A stretch of DNA of 64,000 bases. Source: Raja brachyura. Its lineage: Eukaryota. The position numbers and the translations under genes were made by a program. The stretch lies in the NCBI GenBank assembly GCA_963514005.1, contig OY740805.1:42036001-42100000 (forward strand), read 5' to 3'. This document shows positions 1-11,044 of this stretch, piece by piece. How positions within the stretch are numbered: position 1 is the stretch's first letter; every line of letters begins with the position of its first letter. The notes under the pieces are model-generated. The model did not search any database. It was not told where the DNA came from and worked only from the letters and a program-made list of their open reading frames with translations.

Positions 1-244
1 GAAAGTATCCAAAGAACCGGCTTCCACCGCCCTCTGAGGCAGAGAATTCCACAGACTTTGATTTCTCTTCTTCACACCTAACCCTTCCATATCTCTGACT
101 CCATCGCCCATGATTCTCAGTCTGAAGGATCTCGACCCGAAACGTCACCCTGTAGCGGCACCTAGTGGCTAATCGGTGTATGACAGAACTCACGTCAGAG
201 GCCGGGTCTGTAACGTGACAGGGTTGGTGCGCGGTATGTCACGT

Positions 245-2108
245 AGAAACATAGAAAATAGGTGCAGGAGGCCATTCGGCCCTTCAAGCCAGCACTGCCA
301 TTCAATGTGATCATGGCTGATCGTCCACAATCAATAATCCGTGCCTGCCTTCTCCCCATATCCCTTGATTCCACTAGCTCCTGGAGCTCTATCTAACTCT
401 CTCTTAAATCCATCCAGTGACTTGGCCTCCACTGTCCTCTGTGACAGCGAATTCCACAAATTCACAACTCTCTGGGTGAAAAAGTGTTTTCTCACCTCAA
501 TCTTAAATAGCCTCCCGTTTATTCTAAGACTGTGGCCCCTGGTTCTGGACTCGCCCAACATTGGGAACATAGGGAGGTTGCACGGCAGTCGGGTCACGAC
601 TCATGACCCGTACTGTTGCTAAAGCCTGTTAAAACCCGCCGAAATTGTCAATTTTTGCGCTGTAAATAATTATGGAAATCGGGATAAGCGTGAGAGACAG
701 TTAGCCTACTTCAGAATTCCAAAAGTGAGGAGAAATGATGGTTGATAGAAGCGAGAGCAGAAGGGACAACAACAGCCAGAGTGCTTGGCGAACATTGGCC
801 GTTTGCTCATTGCATTTCATCAACAGTAAGGCATTATTTGTGGAGTTTTTCTTGATTTCTTTGGCATCCAAAAATTTTCAGAAGTGATAAATCTGGCTGT
901 AAATTTTAAAATCGCCCATGGCTCTCAAGAGGGTTTTTACATACAAAATGAAAACGCCTCTGAAGCAATTTACAGCCAGATTTATCACTTCTGAGAGGTT
1001 TTAGATACCAAAGGAATCAAGAAAAACCACAAATAATGCCTTCCTGTTGATGAAATGCAGCGAGCAAACGCAATAATCCCGAATATTTTCTATTTCCATA
1101 TCTGCACGGCCAATGTTCGCCAAGCACTTTAGCTGTTGTGTCCCTTCAGCTCTCGCCTCTCTTTACCTTCATTTCGCTTCACTTTTGGAATTGTGAAGTT
1201 GGGTATATGTCTCTCACGATTACTCCCATTTCCCCAATATTTTACAACCCAAAAATCCAACATTTTGGCGGTTTTTAACAGGTAAGAAAGTATACGTTTC
1301 GTGTATTAACAACAGATGCCGGAAGCTGCGATGTCCTCCAGGTGGATTGAGTGGCTCTGTGCGTCAAGCCCTATGACCCAGTGACCTTACGTGCAACGCC
1401 CCTATTTTTCCTGCATCCAGCATGTCCACTCCTTTTTATAATTGTATATGTTTCTATAAGATCCCCACTCATACTTCTAAACTTCAGTGAATACAAGCCC
1501 AGTCTTTTCAATCTTTCCTCATACGACAGTTGCACCATTCCAGGGATCAATCACGTGAACCTACGCTGCACTGCCTCAATCACAAGGATGTCCTTCCTCA
1601 AATTAGGAGACCAAAACTGTACACAATACTCCAGATGTGGTCTCACCAGAGCCCTATACAATTACAGAAGAACCTCTTTACTCCTATACTGAAATCCTCT
1701 TGTTATGAAGGCCAACATTCCATTAGCTTTCTTCACTGCCTGCTGTACCTGCACGCCAACTTTCAGTGACCGGTGCACAAGGACGCCCAGGTCTCGCTGC
1801 ACCTCCCCCTTACCCAACCTAACCCCATTGAGATAATAATCTGCCCCCTTGTTTTTGCCGCCAAAGTGGATACCTCACATTTATCTATATTATATTGCAT
1901 CTGCCACACATCTGCCCAGTCACTCAACCTGTCCAGGTCACCTTGCAATCTCCTAACATCCTCTTCACAGTTCACACTGCCACCCAGCTTTGTGTCATCC
2001 GCAAACTTGCTAGTGTTGCTCAGAATTCCCTCTTCCAAATCATTAATATATATGGTAAACAGTTGCGGCCCCAACACCGAGCCTTACGGCACTCCACTCG
2101 CCACTGCC
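245..2108 (-). mobile_element. CR1-family LINE 3' fragment (RT C-terminal part plus 3' UTR), interrupted by a DNA transposon at 571-1403
   Basis: Minus-strand ORFs give LGPQLFTIYINDL..SKFADDTKLGG (1763-2077) and RTRGHSLRI..FFTQRVVNLWNSL (331-597). A (TTTCTATG)-type tail is at 245-258. Confidence 0.9.
571..1403. mobile_element. Non-autonomous foldback DNA transposon (MITE-like) with AT target duplication
   Basis: Termini AGGGAGGTTGCACG... and ...CGTGCAACGCCCCT are imperfect inverted repeats flanked by AT on both sides. Removing the element restores the CR1 sequence GGGAACATTTTTCC. The internal arms (about 676-905 vs 967-1232) are also inverted copies. Confidence 0.8.
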
Positions 2109-3655
2109 TGTCACGTGACAGGGTTGGTGCATGGGGCCGTGTGTGTCACGTGACAGGGTTGGTGCGTGTGTCACGTGACAGGGTTGGCGCGTGGGGCCGG
2201 TGTGTCACATGACAGGGTTGGTGCCGGTGTGTCACGTTACAGGGTTGGCGCGTGGGGCCGGTGTGTCACGTGACAGGGTTGGCGCGTGGGGCCGGTGTGT
2301 CACGTGACGGGGTTGGTGCGTGGGGCCGTGTGTGTCACGTGACAGGGTTGGTGCATGGGGCCGGGTGTGTCACGTGACAGGGTTGGTGCGCGGGGCCGTG
2401 TGTGTCACGTGACAGGGTTGGTGCACGGGGCCGGGTGTGTCACGTGACAGGGTTGGTGCCGGTGTGTCACGTGACAGGGTTGGTACGCGGGGCCGGGTGT
2501 GTCACGTGACAGGGTTGGTGCTCGGGGCCGGGTGTGTCACGTGACAGGGTTGGTGCTCAGGGCCGGGTGTGTCACGTGACAGGGTTGGTGCGCGGGGCCG
2601 GGTGTGTCACGTGACAGGGTTGGTGCGCGGGGCCGGGTGTGTCACGTGACAGGGTTGGTGCGTGGTGCCGGTGTGTCACGTGACAGGGTTGGTGCTCAGG
2701 GCCGGGTGTGTCACGTGACAGGGTTGGTGCGCGGGGCCGGGTGTGTCACGTGACAGGGTTGGTGCGCGGGGCCGGGTGTGTCACGTGACAGGGTTGGTGC
2801 GCGGGCCGGGTGTGTCACGTGACAGGGTTGGTGCGTGGTGCCGGTGTGTCACGTGACAGGGTTGGTGCTCAGGGCCGGGTGTGTCACGTGACAGGGTTGG
2901 TGCGCGGGGCCGGGTGTGTCACGTGACAGGGTTGGTGCGCGGGGCCGGGTGTGTCACGTGACAGGGTTGGTGCGCGTGGCCGGGTGTGTCACGTGACATG
3001 GTTGGTGCTCAGGGCCGGGTGTGTCACGTGACAGGGTTGGTGCGCGGGGCCGGGTGTGTCACGTGACATGGTTGGTGCTCAGGGCCGGGTGTGTCACGTG
3101 ACAGGGTTGGTGCGCGGGGCCGGGTGTGTCACGTGACAGGGTTGGTGCGTGGGGCCGGTGTGTCACGTGACAGGGTTGGTGCGCGGGGCCGGGTGTGTCA
3201 CGTGACATGGTTGGTGCGCGGGGCCGGGTGTGTCACGTGACAGGGTTGGTGCGCGGGGCCGGGTGTGTCACGTGACAGGGTTGGTGCGCGGGGCCGGGTG
3301 TGTCACGTGACAGGGTTGGTGCGTGGGGCCGGTGTGTCACGTGACAGGGTTGGTGCGTGGGGCCGGTGTGTCACGTGACAGGGTTGGCGCGCGGGGCCGG
3401 GTGTGTCACGTGACAGGGTCGGTGCGCGGGGCCGGTTGTGTGTCACGTGACAGGGTTGGTGCGTGGGGCCGGGTGTGTGTCACGTGACAGGGTTGGTGCG
3501 TGGGGCCGGATGTGTCACGTGACAGGGTTGGTGCGCGGGGCCGGGTGTGTGTCACGTGACAGGGTTGGTGCGTGGGGCCGGATGTGTCACGTGACAGGGT
3601 TGGTGCGCGGGGCCGGGTGTGTCACGTGACAGGGTTGGTGCGCGGGGCCGGGTGT
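2109..3655. repeat. 35-bp minisatellite, roughly 45 copies, each containing the palindrome TGTCACGTGACA
   Basis: Unit GTGTGTCACGTGACAGGGTTGGTGCGCGGGGCCGG, period 35 (e.g. 2581 to 2616). A stray unit lies at about 200-244. Confidence 0.97.
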
Positions 3656-3666
3656 TGACGGTTTCC

Positions 3667-3817
3667 ATGGAGCAGCCTCAGTGCACGAGTCCCGGGCCGT
3701 CGGAGACGTTGCGCCGCTGCCGTGAGAGAGAGTCTCTGCGCCCAATTCGCTCTGGTGACCGGCATGGACCAGGCTGCGGCTCGGTACATCCTGGAGGACA
3801 ACCAGTGGCTGCTGGAA
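3667..3817 (+). pseudogene. TDP2-like first coding exon (N-terminal UBA-like segment) with one frameshift; no downstream exons recognised
   Basis: ATG 3667 MEQPQCTSPGPSETLRRCRERES, then in a shifted frame LCAQFALVTGMDQAAARYILEDNQWLLE, then donor GTAGGT at 3818. This resembles TDP2 LCxxFA...D.A.A...L..N.W..E with the splice after the final E. The exon is 151 bp (not 3n). Confidence 0.55.
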
Positions 3818-4508
3818 GTAGGTAGCAAGCACTGGGTAGAAGCGGTGGAAGATAGTGACCTTCAAATGGGAGTGGTTGGAGAAAGCAGCCTTCCGCGGCC
3901 CATGTTAATGTATGTGTGCAATGATAAACCGATATATATATACACATATGTGTGTGAGTGTGTGAGCGTGTGTCTCTGTGTGTGTGAGTGTGTGAGGGGC
4001 TGAGGCGTGTTGCCAGGCAACAGTGGGTGGTCGCGCTGCAACTGTCGCGTGGACCGGGCGTGATCTGGGCCGAGCGGTCACGTGGTCAGGGGGCGGCGGT
4101 TGGGCGGTTGGAATTCAAACGGTTGGCGGTTGGACCCGGGGACGGACGGACGGACAGAGTGAAGTGACCGTGAGGTCTGATGCCGCGTGTGGTGGAGAGT
4201 GAAGCACAGTTCCTGCAGCAAACTGTAGGATCTTCGGTGTAAAGAGACCGGTCTGATGCCGTGTGTGATAGAGTACAATCTCTCCATATCTGTCTCTCTC
4301 TCTCTCATTCCTCGCTCTCTCATTCCTCGCTCTCTCATTTCTCACTCTCTCATTTCTCACTCTCTCTCATTCCACTCTCTCTCTCCCTCACTCTGTCCCG
4401 CTCTCTCTCTCTTATTTCTCTCTCTCCTCTCATTTCTCTCTCCTCTCTCTCTCTTTTTCTCTCTCTCTCTCCCATGGTCTCTCACCCCCCTCCCCTCTCT
4501 CATTAAAT

Positions 4509-5035
4509 TCATTTGGTCGCCCAATTATAGGAAGGATGTCAACAAAATAGAGAGGGTACAGAGGAGATTTACTAGAATGTTGCCTGGGTTTCAACAGCTA
4601 AGTTACAGAGATAGGATGAACAAGTTAGGTCTTTATTCTCTGGAGCGCAGAAGGTTAAGGGGGGACTTGATAGAGGTCTTTAAAATGATGAGAGGGATAG
4701 ACAGAGTTAATGTGGATAAGCTTTTCCCTTTGAGAATAGGGAAGATTCAAACAAGAGGACATGACTTTAGAATTAAGGGACAGAGGTTTTGGGGTAACAT
4801 GAGGGGGAACTTCTTTACTCAGAGAGTGGTAGCGGTGTGGAATGAGATTCCAGTGGAAGTGGTGGCGGCAGGTTCGTTGGTATCATTTAAAAATAAATTG
4901 GATAGGCATATGGATGAGAAGGGTATGGAGGGTTATGGTATGAGTGCAGGCAGGTGGGACTAAGGGAAAAAGGTTGTTCGGCACGGACTTGAAGGGCCGA
5001 GATGGCCTGTTTCCGTGCTGTAATTGTGATATGGT
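4509..5035 (+). mobile_element. CR1 LINE 3' fragment, same young subfamily as 48448-49186
   Basis: WSPNYRKDVNKIERVQRRFTRMLPG...[14 protein letters not shown]...AGRWD, near-identical to the copy inside the DIRS element. Confidence 0.92.
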
Positions 5036-5244
5036 TAAATATATATGTGTGTGTGTGCGCGCGTATGTGTGTATATATAGATATAAATATATAACAGTAT
5101 ATATCAGGATGTCTGTGTGTGTACAATATAGTCTATCTACACCAGTGTAAAGGTTGCTGATGAGGTAAGGCTCTGTTGTGACTGGCACAAAGAAAGACAC
5201 CGAGTAAGAGTGAGAGACTGTTTATTCTGCAAACACAGCTTTTT

Positions 5245-5752
5245 ATGGAGACGCTGCATTTGGAAAGAATTAGATTTGTCCTACTGGACGAGTATAATTC
5301 TTTCGATCAGATATGGTCTCCATATATTCAGTATTTAGAGAAGTAGCTGTTCTTGGCAACACAGCTCGGCGGGCACCCTGCGGCACTTGATGAGAATAAT
5401 TCATTTTTATATTGGAATTAACATGTATATCTTTATGGATGTTATTATTTGTAATAGTGTTATTAACAATACATATAGTGGTTTTTCATTTATATATATA
5501 TTATATTTTTTCACTTTTTTTTCTTTCTTTCTTTTCTCTTTTCTTTCTTATATATAATCAAATTATTATTTAACCACATTCTTAATGATTTATAACTCTC
5601 CTATTCCTTCTCTATCTTTATTTCTAAAAAAATAGTAGATAAGTATTATTAATGTTTTACTCGTATGAAAATTGAATTAATTTGATGTTATAAAGTTGTT
5701 TAAAGCATTGTAATTGATTACCTTTAAAAAATATATATTTAAAAAAAAACTA
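5245..5752 (+). mobile_element. 5'-truncated L1-clade LINE (ORF2 C-terminus, AT-rich 3' UTR, poly-A) with about 15-bp TSD
   Basis: Reads METLHLERIRFVLLDEYNSFDQIWSPYIQYLEK*, typical of fish L1 ORF2 ends. A-run at 5741. Flanked by AAACACAGCTTTTTA (5231) and AAACACTGCTTTTTA (5753). Confidence 0.7.
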
Positions 5753-5994
5753 AAACACTGCTTTTTATCTTGACCTTAGGCATGAGTTTCCATTTTAGAT
5801 TACATAATATATATATATTACATATATTACATTACAAAGACATCACATCTCCCTCTTCACTTTACAGACATCACAGGCACTGGCATTATATATATATTAC
5901 ATATCGTACCAAGACATCACAGCCAGTATATATATCTATATTGTACACACACAGACATGCTGATATATATATGTATGTATTCTAAACACACACA

Positions 5995-6032
<38 letters not shown>

Positions 6033-6172
6033 CTGATATCTATACGGATATTTATCCTGATATATATATATATGCTAACTCACGGCTGGAGGTTGCTGGG
6101 GCAGCTGTGATGTGTGAATGCATGTGTGTGTGAGTGTGTCAGACACTGTCATTCACTGTCTTCATTCTGTAG

Positions 6173-6295
6173 ATGATATCTTCCTTGCTGGAGTTCCTGA
6201 CTGCGCCCTGCCGCTGGTCCTCACCATTTGTCTTCTCAATGCCGCCCACGTTGCTGTGTTTTATTGGAACGTGAAACAAAACAGACGCATCAAAG
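6173..6295 (+). pseudogene. Orphan paralogous butyrophilin transmembrane exon
   Basis: TAG|AT...AAAG|GTACG, 123 bp, phase 1/1, [41 protein letters not shown]. Near-identical to 14207-14320 including about 120 bp of downstream intron. No adjacent Ig exons seen. Confidence 0.8.
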
Positions 6296-6429
6296 GTACG
6301 TTAAACAACAGCGTAAGATGCTGGTCAGGAAATCCGGGCGGGTTTCTGCAAGATTCCCACTGTAACTTCAGTGGAAAACCAGAGCACTCTCCGAAGGGCT
6401 TCCACCTTCCAGCGGCTGCTGGGGTAACA

Positions 6430-6803
6430 TTGTGCATGTGTGAATGGGCGATCGATGGTCAGCATCGACTCGGTGGGCCGGAGGGCCTGTTTCCATGCTG
6501 TATCTCTGAACTAAAGAAAATTAAACATTACCAAAGTTGGGTAAATCTTCTCAACGCTCGGTTGTCAGGGTTCCAGTGAATGGCCATCACAGCTGTGTTT
6601 CACTTTGGTGTGAAATCGATCCTCAGACTCTGAAGATGAAACAAAAAGCTTTAGCTGGGGTTGACTGCAGACAGGGTGAGGGCAGATTCCAGACACTGAT
6701 GGTAACTCCAGCCGGGAACAACAGCGAGGTGAAGCTGCATCCTCCACTCTGCAGCCGTGCTCTCTGCCAGCTTCCATCCGTGGCTGTATCCTCAGCCACT
6801 GGT
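6430..6803 (+). repeat. Segment duplicated at about 39315-39692 (direct, about 32.9 kb apart)
   Basis: Near-identical sequence. ORFs 6537-6899 and 39425-39967 share VPVNGHHSCVSLWCEIDPQTLKMKQKALAGVDCRQGEG. Confidence 0.9.
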
Positions 6804-7387
6804 CCCCCTCCCCGGGGAACACACACACATATATATACACACACACACACTCTGAAGAATGGTCTCAACCCGAAACATCACCCTTTCCTTCTCTTCTGAG
6901 ATGCTGCCTGACCCGCTGAGTTACTCCAGCATTTTGTGTCNNNNNNNNNNNNNNNNNNNNNNNNNNNNNNNNNNNNNNNNNNNNNNNNNNNNNNNNNNNN
7001 NNNNNNNNNNNNNNNNNNNNNNNNNNNNNNNNNNNNNNNNNNNNNNNNNNNNNNNNNNNNNNNNNNNNNNNNNNNNNNNNNNNNNNNNNNNNNNNNNNNN
7101 NNNNNNNNNNNNNNNNNNNNNNNNNNNNNNNNNNNNNNNNNCACATAGTCACATGCACAGATCCACACACATACAAATATATATACACATATGTACCCAC
7201 AAATATATACACAAACATATATATGTACACACAGNNNNNNNNNNNNNNNNNNNNNNNNNNNNNNNNNNNNNNNNNNNNNNNNNNNNNNNNNNNNNNNNNN
7301 NNNNNNNNNNNNNNNNNNNNNNNNNNNNNNNNNNNNNNNNNNNNNNNNNNNNNNNNNNNNNNNNNNNNNNNNNNNNNNNNNNNNNNN

Positions 7388-7535
7388 GAATCCTTCTGAT
7401 CCCAGCACACGGCCAGTCTATAAACCTCTTCCCGGTGTCAGGGAAACTCCTCAGGGTCCAGGTCAGTCTCACCCTCTTCCTCAGACACCTCGAGCCGCGG
7501 ACCCGCTGTTTCCACTGTATCCAGGGTGACGGAGA
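7388..7535 (-). pseudogene. Decayed B30.2 (PRY) exon fragment, running into an N run
   Basis: Same acceptor context as 31802 (GATTCTCTGCTTCTCCCCCAG|TCTCCGTCACCCTGGAT). Reads ...RVRLTWTLRSFPDTGKRFIDWPC with indels. Confidence 0.8.
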
Positions 7536-7756
7536 CTGGGGGGAGAAGCAGAGAATCACAGAGACCCCGGGGGTCGGGGGGAGACTCGAACATCGCGGCC
7601 CCGGGACTGAGAGCGGTCCGAGGGGGATGGAAGGAGAGAGTGAGGGGCGGCTGGGGGATGGGGGGGGGGATGGGACGCCTCGCAGCGGTGACGTGTGGGG
7701 GGGGGGGTCAGCTGCGAAGATGGGCTGAACTAAATACTGGGCTAAATACTAAATTC

Positions 7757-7784
7757 CTGAAGAAGGGTCTCGACCCGAAACGTC
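7757..7784 (+). ncRNA. Minimal hammerhead-ribozyme motif of a Penelope-derived repeat end
   Basis: CTGAAGA-A-GGGTC-TC-GACCC-GAAA-CG-TC. Helix I pairing is weak. Confidence 0.45.
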
Positions 7785-7950
7785 GCCTATCTCCTTCGCT
7801 CCTTAGATGCTGCTGCACCCGCTGAGTTTCTCCAGCTTTTTGTGTAACCCTCGATTCTCCAGCATCTGCAGTTCCTTCTTTAACAATAAATACTGGGCCA
7901 CTCGGTCAGAGTTGTGCCAGACTCCGGGCCGCATTGAGGAAATCTCACCC

Positions 7951-7962
7951 GGTTTCACTTTC
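7951..7962. promoter_or_regulatory. ISRE/IRF-binding motif in the putative BTN promoter
   Basis: GGTTTCACTTTC (GAAAGTGAAACC on minus) followed by a CCCCGCCC GC box at the edge of a CpG-rich region. Confidence 0.5.
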
Positions 7963-8029
7963 TCCACCCCGCCCATTTCTGGCTTCCATTTTATGAAAAC
8001 TTGAGAGGATTTCTCCCTCCTTCTCTCTC

Positions 8030-8219
8030 CCCCGGCGGCCGCCGTTCCCCTGCGGGATTCCTGGACTCCAGGCTGAAGAAAGCGCTCTCTCTGACGCCGG
8101 TTACTCCGCTCTGTTGATGGGCGCCGGTGACAGACTCGGCCCCCGGGGACAAGGAGGGTCCCGGCCGGAGGGAGGGAGGGAGGGGAAGCGGCCGCGCCGG
8201 GCGGGCGGGGATTGATCAG
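8030..8219 (+). other. Putative non-coding first exon of the BTN-like gene in a CpG-rich region (5' end uncertain)
   Basis: Consensus donor CAG|GTGAGT at 8219/8220. The ATG exon begins at an acceptor (CTCTCTCCCTCAG| at 10967), so an upstream exon is implied. Confidence 0.4.
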
Positions 8220-8759
8220 GTGAGTGGGGCTCCGGGACAACTCACGGCGCCGGAGCCGCTGGGACAAAGCGATCACTCACTCACCTGTTTGCCAGCGGCA
8301 TTCGGTGAAAGGGAACCCCCGCTGCCCCGGCCCGGCCCGGCCCACTGCCCCCGGGGTACGGCTCGGTCCCAGTCCCGGTAGGTTTCCGGGGCCGGAGCGG
8401 CGAGTCTGGTCGCTCGGGAGAGGGAGGGAGGGAGGGAGGCGGCAGTCGGTGACACCTCGGGAGCGCTGGCCGGTCACCGGGATTTGTTTAATCCCAGGGG
8501 TCACGTTCAGTCTGCGACGGGCGGGAAGTGGCCGCGATTGCAAGAAGGGAACTTGCTGCTCCACTCTCTAAAACTCTGGGGCGGCGGCGGCGTCCCGAAC
8601 ACCGAGCGCGGCGACAAACTGCGCTGAAACGGTTCATGTGTTACTGCTGGGAACATAGTAATGTAACTGAAGCAGATTCTCACGGCGAATGCCTCCTCAG
8701 TAACCCCTTTCCTCACTTCCTACTTACCGCACTCCCCCAAGCCCGGCGCGGTCTCCTCC

Positions 8760-9340
8760 TGCAGTTGTAAGCGGCCCTAGTGAGACCACACCTGGTGTAT
8801 TGTGTGAAGTTTTGGACTCCAAATTTGAGGAAGGACATTCTTGCTATTGAGAAAGTGCAGCGTAGGTTCACCAGGTTAATTCCCGGGATGGCGGGACTGT
8901 CATATCTTGATAGAATGGAGCGGCTGGGCTTGTACACTCTGGAATTTAGAAGGATGAGAGGGGATCTTATTGAAACATATAAGATCATTAAGGGATTGGA
9001 AACGCCAGAGGCAGGAAAGATGTTCCTGATGTTGGGGGAGTACAGAACCAGGGGCCACAGTTTAAGAATCAGGGGTAAGCCATTTAGAATAGAGATGAGG
9101 AAACACTTTTACACATAGTTGTGAGGCTGGAATTCTCTGCCTCAGATGGCGGTGGAGGCCGGTTCTTTGGATGCTTTCAAGAGAGAGTTAGATACAGCTC
9201 TTGGGGATAGCAGAGTCAGGGAATACGGGGAGAAGGCAGGAACGGGGTACTAATTATGAATGATCAGCCATGATAACATTGAATAGCGTTGCACGTTCGA
9301 AGGGCTGAGTGGCCTACACTTGCACCTATTGTCTATTGTG
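8760..9340 (+). mobile_element. CR1 LINE 3' fragment
   Basis: [35 protein letters not shown]..., with a (CTATTGT) tail. Confidence 0.9.
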
Positions 9341-9614
9341 TCCATTGTGGACATTTATCTCAGCCAAGGCGCCTGCATTTACTTCCTCTCGCTTCCCACA
9401 CTGCCCTCGGATAGAACTGATCAGGGCCAGGGTTTATCTCAACTGTGCATTACAGAGACAAAAATAAATAAAACACCTTTCAAACAGTGAACAATTTAAA
9501 ATATTCGGAGAGAGAAAGCAGACTAATCCAGCACAAGCAGTCTGCTTTCAATCTGCATGTAGTTGAAAGTGTTGCCGGCTGACCTCCCAAGTAACATTGA
9601 CACATCAGTGGTAT

Positions 9615-10050
9615 GAAGTCCGCCTTCACCTACCTGTTGTCCCGGTTGCTCAGCACTTTAATTCCCAGTCCCATTCCCAATCTGACCTTTCTGTGCTGAG
9701 CCTACTCCATTGTCCGAGTGAGGCCCAGCGCACATTGGAGGAACAGCACCTCATATTTTGCTTGGGTAGTTTACACCCCAGCGGTATGAACATTGACTTC
9801 TCCACAGTAACCTTTGCTTTCCCTCTTTCTCCATCCCCTCTCCCTTCTCAGTTCTCCCACCAGTCTTTAATGTCTCCAACAACATTCTATCTCTGAGCCG
9901 CCCACTACCCTGACATCAGTCTGAAGAAGGGTCTCGACCTGAAACGTCGCCCAATCCTTCTCTCCAGAGATGCTGCCTGTCCCACTGAGTTACTCCAGCA
10001 TGTGGTGTCTAGCTTTGTTTTAAACCAGCATCTACAGTTCTTTGCAACAC
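9615..10050 (+). mobile_element. Penelope-like element 3' remnant with hammerhead motif at 9921-9948
   Basis: PVAQHFNSQSHS..DLSVL...LEEQHLIFCLGSLHPSGMNIDFS, homologous to the GIY-YIG end at 41232. Confidence 0.8.
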
Positions 10051-10986
10051 ATTTGGCACATCATAGACGCTGCTCACTGGAGAGCAATGGGCGTTTCACC
10101 ATAAGGTTTCTGCTCCAGACTCCATGAGAGCTTTGGCCGATGATGGACGGGAGCTGGTTGGCAGAGGAGTGGCGAGTGAGTGCGTTTGTCCAAGTTAGGC
10201 ACCGAGCAGCCACTGGCCAAAGGAGAAGCATCGCATCGGCTGGGGTCGGGCATGGGTGAACGGGTGGTGTTAATGTTCCTGCCCACGACCCCACCGCCGG
10301 AGATAGTAAGGACAGTGTCCCAGGCCCCGCCATCCCACGCTCACGGCAACATGGGAGCTAGAGGAGCAATTAGACCCTCCATCATGTCCCGTCATTTAGT
10401 TGGACCACGGCTGCTTGTGCCCATCCCACTCCTCCTTCTGCCACTTATCCATCCAACATTTCACAGTCAATCAAATATTTATCCACCTCCACGTTCAATA
10501 CATCCAGTGATCCAATGTCCATGGATATAGTGAATTCCAGAAAGCGTGGCTACAGGTGCCGCCGACCTGAGAATAAAAGATAACCCTGTCAGCGGCCTCC
10601 AGCTCCTTAAATGAATGGCAAATATCATCTCACCCCCTGATTATATGTATTGTTCCGGCAACGTTTGACTTCAGAATCATTTTCTGTCCTTTGACAGGTT
10701 TGATGATGGGTGACTGAAGAAATTCCCGGGAGAAGATTCGTCCCGGACCCGACCCCCGTGACAGGTCTCAAGGAGCAGATTGTAAAGGGAGCCGGGGTCC
10801 CGGTGCGGAGCCTGGAGTCCTTTGGCCACCCCGCACAAGGTGTGACCTTTCACCCCCTGGTCAACAGTGAGGGGGGTGGTGGACACTGGCAGCGGGGAGG
10901 GGGAGGGGGGGTCACAGCTTCCCGCCCATCACGGGTCTAACACTTCTCTCTCTCTCTCTCCCTCAGGCACTGACCCCTCCACTGGG

Positions 10987-11044
10987 ATGGGAGTGGTTCA
11001 CTGCGCTGTGTTGTTACTGCACGGGATCCTCAGCTCAGTCCACG
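10987..11044 (+). CDS. BTN-like coding exon 1, signal peptide
   Basis: [20 protein letters not shown], donor G|GTAATG. Confidence 0.8.

Noticed and set aside
2109-3655. CRISPR-like array of palindromic repeats
   Set aside because: There are no unique spacers or cas genes and the context is eukaryotic. It is a minisatellite.
6537-6899. Conserved 120-aa ORF repeated at 39425
   Set aside because: No recognisable domain and a non-ATG start. The similarity is explained by recent duplication.
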